From the NCBI GenBank assembly GCA_021163705.1, contig JAGGTO010000138.1:1-34101 (forward strand): DNA of 34,101 bases. Direction: 5' to 3'. The position numbers were made by a program, and so were the translations under genes. Every line of letters begins with the position of its first letter. The first letter of the stretch is position 1. Below are positions 1-11,659 of the stretch, in pieces. This DNA is from Thermoplasmata archaeon (lineage in GTDB: Archaea > Thermoplasmatota > Thermoplasmata > Thermoplasmatales > Aciduliprofundaceae). A model generated the notes under the pieces. It had not been told where the DNA came from and ran no database searches. It saw only the letters and a program-made list of their open reading frames with translations.

Positions 1-74
1 CCAATGAGACTCTTCGAACGGATTTTAAGATCCTGCTGAATGAATTAGAGAAAACAATTAATAAGAGGATGTAG
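1..74 (+). CDS. 3' end of an upstream gene cut by the window edge (product unknown)
   Basis: Frame 3 is open from the window edge to TAG at 72-74 (...NETLRTDFKILLNELEKTINKRM*). It ends 4 nt before the next ATG, and its last codons contain the AGAGGA Shine-Dalgarno of the next gene. It is too short to identify. Confidence 0.3.
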   Translation, partial: NETLRTDFKILLNELEKTINKRM

Positions 75-78
75 ATTT

Positions 79-1056
79 ATGTTGGTGAATTTAAGAGAGA
101 TGTTTAAAAGGCTTCTCGTTCTCAATAACATAGAGGTGGAGGATAGGGAACCCTCTGAGTTTATATGGGCCAGGTATGGAGATACCCTGGAGCTTATTTA
201 TGTGGAGGAGGATAAGGTTGTGGATGGGGATTACATAATCAATTTTTCGCGGATGACAGAGGAGATTCACGGTAATAAAACGATCATATGCGTGATGGGA
301 TATACGGAGGATGCCATTTCCATGGCAAGAAAGCTAAATATTGAGCTTCTTAATAGAAAAGAATTTGCCAACCTCATAGGAGAGTTCATCCTTGAGATCT
401 ATGAAAAGAAGAAAATTATTCCTGTGGAGCTATTTGAGGAAGAGGATATAGAGGTAGAGGAGCTTGAGGAAGAGACCGAGGATGTGATCCCCATTTTTCT
501 CGAAGAAATCTCAGGGGAGGGGGAAGAGAGAATAATAAAGCTTCAGATAGGTGAGGAGGAGGCTGCAGCAATAGCCAAGAGCTATGTTCATGGTTTTACC
601 CGCAGACTTATTCTCCTACCATATTATGTATTTGAGTATTCCCTTGAGCTAATAATTGAGGGAAGTATTCAGACCAAGAAAGTAAAAGGTGTGATTGCAA
701 TAAACGGTGTAAATAAGAAATTTGAGATATGGAAGAAGGGTTTTGAAACTACCAGAAATATAAGCTTGGAGCATGAGAGATTTGAGCCTGTAATAGGACT
801 TGAAGATGCCCGGAGAATGGCGATGGATGCTCTGGAAACCGAGTACTCCAGGGAGGAGGAGGTAAAGATAGAAGGTGAAAATGTCACCATAATTGAAAAA
901 AGGAAAACCAAACCAAAAAAAGGTAGTGTGGATATCAATTTTCTAAGCTTGTATTATCTTCCAGTTTGGATTATAGAGGGAAGAGGCGGACTTGTCATGA
1001 TTAACGGTGCAACAGGAGAAATAATGAAAGAGAATATTTATGGGGCTATATCTTGA
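79..1056 (+). CDS. Hypothetical protein: N-terminal restriction-endonuclease (Mrr-cat)-like fold, acidic linker, two PepSY-like repeats
   Basis: ATG ORF of 325 aa with AGAGGA 8-10 nt upstream. The N-terminal ~110 aa (LIYVEEDK...IICVMGYTEDAISMARKLNIELLNRKEF) resembles the C-terminal half of Mrr-type nuclease domains. An EEEDIEVEELEEETED linker follows. Two similar modules come next (EEEAAAIAKSYV...VIAINGVNKKF and LEDARRMAMDALE...LVMINGATGEIMK). No TM helix or signal peptide is present. The function is inferred by eye only. Confidence 0.7.
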   Translation: MLVNLREMFKRLLVLNNIEVEDREPSEFIWARYGDTLELIYVEEDKVVDGDYIINFSRMTEEIHGNKTIICVMGYTEDAISMARKLNIELLNRKEFANLIGEFILEIYEKKKIIPVELFEEEDIEVEELEEETEDVIPIFLEEISGEGEERIIKLQIGEEEAAAIAKSYVHGFTRRLILLPYYVFEYSLELIIEGSIQTKKVKGVIAINGVNKKFEIWKKGFETTRNISLEHERFEPVIGLEDARRMAMDALETEYSREEEVKIEGENVTIIEKRKTKPKKGSVDINFLSLYYLPVWIIEGRGGLVMINGATGEIMKENIYGAIS

Positions 1057-2143
1057 TTATTATGAAGATCACTATTATTATGACGGCAGCAATGAATAGC
1101 ATCATCATCCATCTTGGTAACCTGCTGCTCTCAACGCCTATGTGAAGTTCTCCCATCTCCTTTGCCTCTATAATCTGTGTAGTATCCTCGTATTTCAAAT
1201 TTTGATAGTGTCCCATTATAAAGCGATAGTATGATGTGAGATGGCTACTGTTTCCATCTTCCTCCCACAGGGTGATGCGATAGGGATCTCTGATGAGAAA
1301 TCCCCTGCCAAGGTTCTCCCCTCCCAAGTCTGAGGTTATGTCAATATTAACCTTTACAAGTCCATTGGGAGTGGGTATCATAGTGGCAACCCAGGCATGG
1401 GGACCCCAGGATTTGGATGTATATAGAAGACCATATTCTACCCAGGCAGGTATTCCTATGCTCCTTGCCATGGAGACAAAAACGAATGAGAGCTCGTCGC
1501 AATCTCCACCACCCCTGTTCCAGGTGGTTACTGCATCATGAGGTAATCCTCCTCCCTGAGTATTATACTCCAGATTTGCCTGAATGACATCGTAGATAGC
1601 TCTCAATTTATCAAGAACACTTCCCTTATCCTTCGTAATATTCAAGGTCATATTTCGGAACGGTTGTGGATTTATTACCCATATTTTCTGATTATGCTCA
1701 TCCAGAATGTACTCGCGATGGTCGTACTGCTTCTTAAGCTTCTCAGGAATCGCATCGATGTTTAGACTTTTCTCTATTTTCCATATCTTTGTTGTGGTAT
1801 TCCCCCTGTATCTTATTACAATCTCATGATTGCCTGTCAGAGTATAGCTCCAGATGGTTCTGTTTGCCTCCTCCAATACCTTCTTTGGAAGATGGCTCTC
1901 ATCTATCATCTCCACCTTTTGATAGGGGTTATTCTGGGGTAGTGTGATGTTTAGAGTGTATGCGCCTACAGCATTTACTGTTATGACCCTCTTGAACTCA
2001 AATTCAAAATTCTTTGCCATAACGAAGCTCTCGGTGGCGGGAGGCTCCTCAATAAAGCCCTGGATCGTTGGAAAGAGGAGGTAGAGGATGATCAAAAATG
2101 CAATTACTGCTATAATTTTTCCGGCCAGTTTGCCCTTTTTCAT
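1046..2143 (-). CDS. Transglutaminase-like (papain-fold) ectoprotein anchored by N- and C-terminal TM helices
   Basis: 365 aa. The transglutaminase-core Cys-His-Asp pattern is present: GGGDCDELSFVFVSMARSIGIPAWVEYG ... GPHAWVATM ... NIDITSD. An N-terminal signal anchor (KIIAVIAFLIILYLLF) and a C-terminal TM helix (MMMLFIAAVIIIVIFIII) are visible. The start overlaps the stop of the upstream gene (ATGA at 2140-2143). Confidence 0.85.
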   Translation of the reverse strand: MKKGKLAGKIIAVIAFLIILYLLFPTIQGFIEEPPATESFVMAKNFEFEFKRVITVNAVGAYTLNITLPQNNPYQKVEMIDESHLPKKVLEEANRTIWSYTLTGNHEIVIRYRGNTTTKIWKIEKSLNIDAIPEKLKKQYDHREYILDEHNQKIWVINPQPFRNMTLNITKDKGSVLDKLRAIYDVIQANLEYNTQGGGLPHDAVTTWNRGGGDCDELSFVFVSMARSIGIPAWVEYGLLYTSKSWGPHAWVATMIPTPNGLVKVNIDITSDLGGENLGRGFLIRDPYRITLWEEDGNSSHLTSYYRFIMGHYQNLKYEDTTQIIEAKEMGELHIGVESSRLPRWMMMLFIAAVIIIVIFIIIKI

Positions 2144-2835
2144 GACATTTCCTCCTCGGGAAGATTTTTCTTCATCTTTAACCTAAGCAGGTATCCTTTA
2201 TAAATTTTGTAGTAAAGAAGAGGTGTTGCCAAAACCACACCTCCCAGATACCAGGGTGGTGGGAACCCCCAGATTAAGGGAAGTAGGGTGAGATTGAAAA
2301 TCATTTGCATAAGAAATGCTCGCAGCATATATCGCTCTGTATTTCCCTCCAGTAATCCCATACCCAGCCAAGTTCCTGTAACTGCATGAATGGCTGAAAG
2401 AGAAAAAGAAAATACGAGAAAATAGAGTGAAGCAAGTAAATATGAGGACTGGGTCAACGGAGTGTTCATATAATACTGATAGATAATTGCAACACTCCAT
2501 ATTGCACCTATTCCGAGTCCCAATGCAAAACCGGAGAAGGGAACTTCCCTACTCTTTCTCTTTGAAGGCATATTGAGATATATGAACTTGAACATCTCTG
2601 TGAATATTGCAAAGAATATCAAGGAGAGAATAGATAAATCAAGTGCAGTATACACAGAAGATTTGAGAATCAGGAAAAACACAGCTATGGGTATTCCCAT
2701 AAGCCATCCAATAAAATAGCTTTTGAACAGGCTTTTTTCATCGAAATATCCTTCTATCTTCCCCCAGGTAAGATAGAAAACGAGAAATGATGGCAGAAAA
2801 CCTATTATTGAGGCAATATAAAAATTCACATCCAT
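2140..2835 (-). CDS. Polytopic membrane protein (about 7 TM), possibly a PrsW-like intramembrane protease
   Basis: 231 aa and almost entirely hydrophobic helices. Candidate PrsW-type motifs are FTEMFKF (E-x-x-K in a TM helix) and LSAIHAVTG (His in a TM helix). It is translationally coupled to the transglutaminase-like gene. The family call is weak. Confidence 0.7.
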   Translation of the reverse strand: MDVNFYIASIIGFLPSFLVFYLTWGKIEGYFDEKSLFKSYFIGWLMGIPIAVFFLILKSSVYTALDLSILSLIFFAIFTEMFKFIYLNMPSKRKSREVPFSGFALGLGIGAIWSVAIIYQYYMNTPLTQSSYLLASLYFLVFSFSLSAIHAVTGTWLGMGLLEGNTERYMLRAFLMQMIFNLTLLPLIWGFPPPWYLGGVVLATPLLYYKIYKGYLLRLKMKKNLPEEEMS

Positions 2836-2859
2836 AGGAGCGAAATTGGGAGCTACTAC

Positions 2860-3864
2860 TTAATTTTTTGGTGTGAGCTTTGCATCCACAACTATATGCC
2901 ATATGTGCGGTGCGTAGGATTTTATCACCCTTTTGTAGAGAATCTCAACCTTAAATCCATATCTCTTTGCATTAGTCTTAATAATCTCTTCAGGCAGCCA
3001 GTCCTTTTCCTCAGATGTAAAAGTATCATGGTAATGTATTATTCCACCTTCCTCTTTGAGGCACTCTATACCTCTGTCCAGAAATTTTTCTGTATGTACA
3101 TACCCCAAAATCACCCTCTCTGCAATTTTTCTTGGAGCTACATCCCTGTTATCCCCTAGGAGAGGATACACATTCTCCACATCATTGATTTCCAAATTCT
3201 TAAGGAGATAGTGAAAAGCTAGAGGGTTTTTTTCACATGCATATATTTTCTCAGCACCGCCGTACTTGGCAATCGGGAGCGTGAAATATCCTATACCAGC
3301 AAACATATCCACCACGACATCTCCTGAAGCATCTATCTTTCCCATTCTTATTCTCTCCTCTACATTACCGGAGGAAAACATTATGCGAGAGATATCCAGA
3401 GCATACTTTATACCATTTTCCACATGCACTGTTGTGGTATCATTACCATATATCATCTCTATTTCAGGCTCTCTCAGCTCACCTTTAACCCCATGATAAA
3501 TTGCAACGGTCTTTACCTTTAAAATCCTGGAAAATGCCTCTCCAACAATTTTCCCATGCTTTCTATATCCTTTAAATGGGGGAAGGAGAAGAACATCTCC
3601 TATCTTTTCCCAGTAATCTGGAATCTCCAGTTCTCTACTGAGACTCTCGGTCACAAGTTCTTTAACCCTCTCGTAGGGTGTCTTTCTCCTATTTCTTTGA
3701 GGCAAATCCATATATAAGGAGCCATCGATCTTTCTCTTCAAAGGGAAATATATGTAATCCCCATCCACAACGATTTTCCATTGCGATGCTAGAAGCTTCT
3801 TTCTAACAAGCTTTCTTCGTATCCTTTCAGCATCTTCCTTTCTTACTTTCAGGACGAATGGCAT
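2860..3864 (-). CDS. trm5: tRNA (guanine37-N1)-methyltransferase Trm5 / Taw2 (Met-10+ like) family
   Basis: 334 aa with a class I SAM-binding core VVDMFAGIGYFTLPIAKYGGAEKIYACEKNPLAFHYLLKNLEIN and ...LGDNRD, typical of the archaeal Trm5/TYW2 family. A TTTTTAAT box (complement of 3891-3898) lies about 30 nt upstream of the ATG. Confidence 0.85.
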   Translation of the reverse strand: MPFVLKVRKEDAERIRRKLVRKKLLASQWKIVVDGDYIYFPLKRKIDGSLYMDLPQRNRRKTPYERVKELVTESLSRELEIPDYWEKIGDVLLLPPFKGYRKHGKIVGEAFSRILKVKTVAIYHGVKGELREPEIEMIYGNDTTTVHVENGIKYALDISRIMFSSGNVEERIRMGKIDASGDVVVDMFAGIGYFTLPIAKYGGAEKIYACEKNPLAFHYLLKNLEINDVENVYPLLGDNRDVAPRKIAERVILGYVHTEKFLDRGIECLKEEGGIIHYHDTFTSEEKDWLPEEIIKTNAKRYGFKVEILYKRVIKSYAPHIWHIVVDAKLTPKN

Positions 3865-3907
3865 GACAAATACATAAATTTCAACTAAAGATTAAAAACT
3901 TGTGAAT

Positions 3908-3945
3908 GGCCAGTCATAAAACGCTCCTATAGCATGGACTGGAAG

Positions 3946-3950
<5 letters not shown>
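3908..3950 (-). other. 3' strand of the 23S rRNA processing stem, including a bulge-helix-bulge motif
   Basis: It pairs with 6874-6915 as follows. 3908-3919 pairs with 6904-6915 (12 bp). 3921-3927 pairs with 6897-6903 (7 bp, one G.U; 3920 is bulged). 3928-3930 is a 3-nt bulge. 3931-3934 pairs with 6893-6896 (4 bp). 6890-6892 is a 3-nt bulge on the other strand. 3935-3950 pairs with 6874-6889 (16 bp). Confidence 0.85.
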
Positions 3951-6873
<2,923 letters not shown>

Positions 6874-6878
<5 letters not shown>

Positions 6879-6915
6879 CTTCCAGTCCATTGTGCCGGAG
6901 CGCTTATGACTGGCC
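6874..6915 (-). other. 5' strand of the 23S rRNA processing stem (BHB partner of 3908-3950)
   Basis: See the pairing listed for 3908-3950. The sense strand reads GGCCAGUCAUAA-GCGCUCC-GGCA-[CAA]-UGGACUGGAAG-GUAGC. Confidence 0.85.
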
Positions 6916-7024
6916 TCATTGATCGCGAGGATCTAAGCCCTTCCTCGATAACCCCGAGGATTATCGAGTGCATTTCAAAACCGCAATGGATGTATAGTGA
7001 ACTTGTATTTAAGGGTAACGGAGA

Positions 7025-7032
7025 TTTATAAA
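7025..7032 (-). promoter_or_regulatory. Candidate TATA box of the 23S rRNA promoter
   Basis: The palindromic TTTATAAA lies about 110 nt upstream (in the rRNA sense) of the processing stem. A second TATAAAAA (complement of 7041-7048) sits just upstream. No other gene is available for these boxes on the minus strand. Confidence 0.45.
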
Positions 7033-7072
7033 CCCCAGAATTTTTATACTTTCCGAAAGAGGGGAGGTAAGG

Positions 7073-7080
7073 TATTTATA
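7073..7080 (+). promoter_or_regulatory. Candidate TATA box for the large surface-protein gene
   Basis: TATTTATA predicts a transcription start near 7104. GGAGGT (7115-7120) then lies 9 nt before the ATG at 7130. Confidence 0.4.
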
Positions 7081-7129
7081 CCTTAAACTCTATTGCTTAA
7101 TAATGTTGCAAACTGGAGGTGTTAAAATA

Positions 7130-10100
7130 ATGAGAGTAATAAGGTTAATTCTGACAGTATCTCTAATCTTTGTTCTAACTGGGAGTTTATTCGCAGGATC
7201 ATTTCATCCTTCAAATTTTGAGGGGAAGGAGATACCAAATGGGATTAGGGAAACAAATATATTGCCAAGAGGTAATGTTGTCACAATCACAGAAACATTT
7301 GTAATAAATCGAACGACCATAGATCCCCTTACAGGTAAAAGAGGTCAGTATGGGTTCGACGCAAATGTTTATGTTGCTCCTGGAGGAACGCTGAAAGTGG
7401 AAAACGCCACAATTTACTTCCTTTCAGATGAAGAGCATCCCTATAATCTAACTGTGAAGGGTAACCTTTATCTATACAATGCCACGGTAACCATTGGAGG
7501 AGGTTTAATAAAGCCACATTATCCATTCTCCATAAACATTGGGGGCACAGTAGTTGGAGAGGTGAAAATAATAAAATCCAAACTTCTCTATCCCGGATGG
7601 TTCAATGTGAGCAATAAAAATGGGAATGTCATAATTATTGATTCAACATTCGATAAGATGCATGGGGGCACTTTAGATAACCCCCCTCCCTTTGGTCCCA
7701 TACCATATATCAAGAATTCAAAAATATTCATACTGAATACTAGCTTCAAAAGTCTTCCCAAGAGGGAATCTTCTGGAAGTGGATCTATAGGATATGCATA
7801 TAATAGCACTGAAATAACTCTGGGTTCTTCTGGAGGACTTGGTGCCACTCACGGGGGTAATCTCACCTATGGGAATTTCAAAAAGAAGGTATATTCAGAG
7901 TATGAGAAATTCTGGGAGTATGTGGTTCTCAAGGATTTTGTTCTGAAACTTGCCTATACGAATGATTCCCAGTATGATGAAAAATCACTGCTGCAGGTTA
8001 TTTACAAGGGGAGATACAGGGATACATATCTTGCAAATTTCACAATACCTGGAGTCAAAGAGGGCACCGGAGCTATCAACGAGACTGTTTCACTGGAAAA
8101 TTATAATTTCACTGGGAATGAATTTTTCCAGGAGCTTCAAACAGGTAAGATAGTTGTTTATGTTACTGCTCCACACAATGGAACCCTCACCCTTAAAAAT
8201 CTCACACTGATTATGGAAGTGGAAAAGAATCTGCTTGTGGATGGTATTAAAGGCTACTGTTTCAATGTTGAGCATTCTACAATCTATGGCAGGGATGTGT
8301 ATGTTGATGTTGACTATCGCAATCGCAGATATCTGGGCATAAATCACAATATGTTCAATGTGATGAACGGCGCACATCTCTACTTCCTAAATCTAACCAT
8401 AAATGATACAGGCAAAGAGAAAAGGGAAGATACGGCATTTCTCTTTCAGGATAGCCAGTCAGAGGCATATATTTTGAGATATGTGGTTGCAAAGGTGAGC
8501 TTCCATAACCATCCAATCGACAGCCTACATGTATACGCTACTCCATATCCTGTGGATGTCAGCAGTGATCCCCAGCTGATTTCAAAAATAGTAGGTGTGA
8601 TTTCTTCATACATCTCTGAAACACAGCATGTGAGCTCCATGAGCATAGGACACATCTCTGGAAATTCTGTCTGGGATATAACAAAAGATGGAAAGGCCCT
8701 TCTTCCTCTTCTCTCAGATATTCTTAATAATTCTGAGATGCCAAATAGTAAATTTGTGGGAATTTACAATGTTGAAGTGAAAAACACTACAAAGGAGTTC
8801 GCAAAGGTGCAGATAGGTCTCAACTACTTCCCATGGCTGCTCCCAGAGAACAACAGTGTGGTATACAATCTAATTCTCAAGAAATACCAGGATGTGGATC
8901 TTCAGGTTGTGGATGTGGATGTGCTGAATGAAGAGCCATACATAAGCGGGGAAGATGTGAAGATAAAGGTAAAGGTGGAGAATCTGGGTAATGATAAGGC
9001 TGTAGCTCCTGCTCTTGCGATATACATAAATGATTTGCTTTATGAGAATATCACGCTCCCAGATATTAATGGAAAGGATAGCTATGAAAACACATATATG
9101 CTCTCGGGCAACTATTTTGCTAATGCAGATATTTATCACATCAATGTGAGTGTGTATCAAATATGGGATTATGAGCTTACAAATAATTGGAGAGGTATTA
9201 CTATTTCAGTTGGAGATATATATGCCAAGAACTGGGTTCCATCGCAAGTCATAAGATATCACGCAGTGAATGTGAGTTTAACACTCACATCCACATACGA
9301 GTGGGACAATGTGAAGGTCTCCCTCTATCTGGACAATCAAACAAATCTTATAGGGGAGCATACACTAAACCTTCAATCTGGAGATAACCCACTCATCTAT
9401 CAATGGGATGTGGGCTCCACCTCAGTGGGAAGCCATACTCTCTTACTGTATGTGAATTCCAAGCTAGTGGGTATGTATCATATTGATGTGAAATATGATG
9501 TAGATCTTCAGGTTGTTGACCCGTCAATAAACCCATCCGAGGTCTATGTGGGAGAGAGCGTAACAATCTCCACCAATGTGGAAAATGCAGGCAAAGATGT
9601 ACCCTCATCCGCAGAGATAATTATATCTCTCTACGACCCACTTGGAAATCTGATAAGCAATGAGAGCTTTACCTATCCTTCCACATATCAGCTGAGCTAT
9701 ACTCCTGAGCTGAGTGGGACATATACGGTCCAAATAAAGGTAATATCCAGCATCGATTATAACATCACTAACAACAAGTACTCCTTTACCTTCGTGGTTA
9801 ATCCAGTGCCATATTCTGTGAGTGTGACATCCTCCGCCGTTTATTACAATGGAACCGATATAGTAATAAATGTTACAGTTTACAGTGAGCTCTCTGCAAG
9901 CTTAAATGTGAATGTGAAGATAAGCGAGCTAGGAATAACACTACAGCCTGAGGGTGGAAATCCTGTGAATGTGGAGAAGAGTTCCACCGTATCCCTGCAG
10001 TTCATACTTTCCAAAAATGCCTATAAGAGTGTGCTGCAGGGAAAAACAAGTGTGAAACTCACATATTATGTGTGGATTTCCTCTGATAGAACGGGAGATG

Positions 10101-11659
10101 CGCTATACTCCTTTGGTCCAAATTATCTAACAATCAAAGAAATCGCAGATTTGGAGATCCTACCAGGCAGCTTTGTTGTGGAGCTGAATGGAAAAAATGT
10201 AACGCAGGTGGCGGAGAAGGTAACGGTCACCATAAGGTTCACTGTGGAGAATGTGGGTGGTTTACCTGCCACCCTTTCATATATCTTAGTGGATGGAGAG
10301 AAGATCCTGGTGGAAAAGACAGCAGGCACTTTGAACCCAGGGGAAAAGGTCACAGTGGAGTACAATTACACAGTGGATGGAGTTGGAACGCATAATCTCA
10401 AGGTGGAGCTGAATCCCCAGAGAAATGTTACGGAGAGAAACTACGAAAATAACAATGCAACTCTTATGCTCAAGGTTATTCCTCCCACCATGGAAATAGT
10501 ATTTACAAGATATTCAGAGGAGCACGGTAATACCATTTACCAGGAAGACCACATAATCGTCCTGGTAAAAGTTGTAAACAAAAACGCAACGGAATCCAGT
10601 GGAAAAACTGTGTGGATGAGCAATGTCACCGTATACCTGGATCTCGGTAATTTGGGAAGATATTCCCAGATGACAAACAAATTTGGAGTGGCAAAGTTCG
10701 TTATACCTGCAAAGAATGTTGGTTCGTATGCTCCTTTAGTCACTGTGGAGTATTATGGCGCAAAGCAGAGCTTCACTCTCACAGCTAAAGATTACAAGGT
10801 GGTGGTGGAGAAGAAGCCTCTACAGCTTCCCTGGCTGTGGATAATAATAGGGGCAATAGTCGCAGGTGTTGGAGGATTCTTCCTATATGGATTCCTGCGT
10901 TTCAAGAAAAAGGCAAAGGAATATATGATCTGTGGAAACTGTGGCCGGTTAGTGCCTGCGGATGCTGAGAAATGTCCATATTGTGGTGTTGTATTTGAAA
11001 AGGAGAAGGTCAAATGTCCAGAGTGCGGCTCCTGGATTGATGAGGATTCCAAATACTGTCCGGTGTGTGGAGCTCTCTTTATGGATAAGGAGGATCCAGA
11101 ATACGATAAGTACAGTGAACTTAAGAGTAAATATGATAAGTACATAGAGAAGTATAAGACAGAAGCCAAGAAATACATAGGAGAGGAATACACAACGGAG
11201 GAGTTCTTCAAGTGGTGGAAGACTCATCCAGAGTTCATATCCTTCCAGGAATGGATCAAGAGACAGGAAGAGAGAGTTGAGGGAGAGACTGTAGTGTGTC
11301 CAGTATGTGGAGCAGTTAATCCCAAAGGAGCAAAGATATGCCGTGTTTGCGGTTCACCTCTTCCAGTGGAAGAAGAAGAGAAGAAAGAGGAAAGAACAGA
11401 GGAGGAAGAGGGAAAAATAAAGCCACTGCCTTTGGCTCATGAAGAAATAGAGAGACTTAAGAGACCTGGAGTTGTAACTGTAGAAGAATGGGCCAAGAAG
11501 AGGGAAGAGAAAAAAGAGGGAGAAAAGAGAGAGGGAGAGAAACCAGCAAAAGAAGAAGAGGTAGAAGAAAAGAAGGAAGAGAAGAAACCCATTGTGAAGA
11601 AAAAGGTGATTAAGAAGGTAATAGCACTGGAGGAGAAAGAGAAGAAAGAGGAGAGCTAA
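7130..11659 (+). CDS. Very large N-glycosylatable surface protein: Sec signal, beta-helix-like region, CARDB-like Ig repeats, one TM helix, three cytoplasmic zinc ribbons, Lys/Glu-rich tail
   Basis: The ORF is open from 7103, but the ATG at 7130 has GGAGGT 9 nt upstream and starts a classic signal peptide (MRVIRLILTVSLIFVLTGSLFAGS). Many N-x-S/T sequons are present. Repeated modules include DLQVVDVDVLNEEPYISGEDVKIKVKVENLGNDKA, DLQVVDPSINPSEVYVGESVTISTNVENAGKDV and ..VTVTIRFTVENVGGLPA (about 8890-10480). The TM helix is LPWLWIIIGAIVAGVGGFFLYGFL (about 10826-10897). Three C-x2-C-x10-C-x2-C ribbons lie at 10931-11353. A KE-rich tail runs to the stop. Confidence 0.9.
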   Translation: MRVIRLILTVSLIFVLTGSLFAGSFHPSNFEGKEIPNGIRETNILPRGNVVTITETFVINRTTIDPLTGKRGQYGFDANVYVAPGGTLKVENATIYFLSDEEHPYNLTVKGNLYLYNATVTIGGGLIKPHYPFSINIGGTVVGEVKIIKSKLLYPGWFNVSNKNGNVIIIDSTFDKMHGGTLDNPPPFGPIPYIKNSKIFILNTSFKSLPKRESSGSGSIGYAYNSTEITLGSSGGLGATHGGNLTYGNFKKKVYSEYEKFWEYVVLKDFVLKLAYTNDSQYDEKSLLQVIYKGRYRDTYLANFTIPGVKEGTGAINETVSLENYNFTGNEFFQELQTGKIVVYVTAPHNGTLTLKNLTLIMEVEKNLLVDGIKGYCFNVEHSTIYGRDVYVDVDYRNRRYLGINHNMFNVMNGAHLYFLNLTINDTGKEKREDTAFLFQDSQSEAYILRYVVAKVSFHNHPIDSLHVYATPYPVDVSSDPQLISKIVGVISSYISETQHVSSMSIGHISGNSVWDITKDGKALLPLLSDILNNSEMPNSKFVGIYNVEVKNTTKEFAKVQIGLNYFPWLLPENNSVVYNLILKKYQDVDLQVVDVDVLNEEPYISGEDVKIKVKVENLGNDKAVAPALAIYINDLLYENITLPDINGKDSYENTYMLSGNYFANADIYHINVSVYQIWDYELTNNWRGITISVGDIYAKNWVPSQVIRYHAVNVSLTLTSTYEWDNVKVSLYLDNQTNLIGEHTLNLQSGDNPLIYQWDVGSTSVGSHTLLLYVNSKLVGMYHIDVKYDVDLQVVDPSINPSEVYVGESVTISTNVENAGKDVPSSAEIIISLYDPLGNLISNESFTYPSTYQLSYTPELSGTYTVQIKVISSIDYNITNNKYSFTFVVNPVPYSVSVTSSAVYYNGTDIVINVTVYSELSASLNVNVKISELGITLQPEGGNPVNVEKSSTVSLQFILSKNAYKSVLQGKTSVKLTYYVWISSDRTGDALYSFGPNYLTIKEIADLEILPGSFVVELNGKNVTQVAEKVTVTIRFTVENVGGLPATLSYILVDGEKILVEKTAGTLNPGEKVTVEYNYTVDGVGTHNLKVELNPQRNVTERNYENNNATLMLKVIPPTMEIVFTRYSEEHGNTIYQEDHIIVLVKVVNKNATESSGKTVWMSNVTVYLDLGNLGRYSQMTNKFGVAKFVIPAKNVGSYAPLVTVEYYGAKQSFTLTAKDYKVVVEKKPLQLPWLWIIIGAIVAGVGGFFLYGFLRFKKKAKEYMICGNCGRLVPADAEKCPYCGVVFEKEKVKCPECGSWIDEDSKYCPVCGALFMDKEDPEYDKYSELKSKYDKYIEKYKTEAKKYIGEEYTTEEFFKWWKTHPEFISFQEWIKRQEERVEGETVVCPVCGAVNPKGAKICRVCGSPLPVEEEEKKEERTEEEEGKIKPLPLAHEEIERLKRPGVVTVEEWAKKREEKKEGEKREGEKPAKEEEVEEKKEEKKPIVKKKVIKKVIALEEKEKKEES

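Noticed and set aside
7103-7129. A nine-codon N-terminal extension (MLQTGGVKI) of the large surface protein
   Set aside because: GGAGGT at 7115-7120 lies inside the extension and 9 nt before the ATG at 7130, which begins a canonical signal peptide.
8897-9516. Direct nucleotide repeats (gatcttcaggttgt at 8897 and 9503), considered as a possible CRISPR-like or tandem-repeat element
   Set aside because: The copies are about 600 nt apart, in frame, and mark the starts of homologous CARDB-like protein domains inside one long ORF. There is no repeat-spacer periodicity.
10792-11211. Antisense or embedded ORFs inside well-supported genes (for example 10792-11211, 13584-14003, 15887-16201, 19636-20070, 20673-20984, 21700-22038, 27203-27736 and 33125-33463)
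   Set aside because: All overlap longer ORFs that carry clear family motifs on the opposite strand or in another frame. They have low-complexity or Ser/Leu/Phe-rich translations and lack promoter or SD signals.
11371-11656. A long polypurine (GA-rich) tract on the plus strand
   Set aside because: It is fully explained by in-frame Lys/Glu codons of the KE-rich C-terminal tail of the surface protein. There is no evidence for a separate regulatory or structural DNA role.
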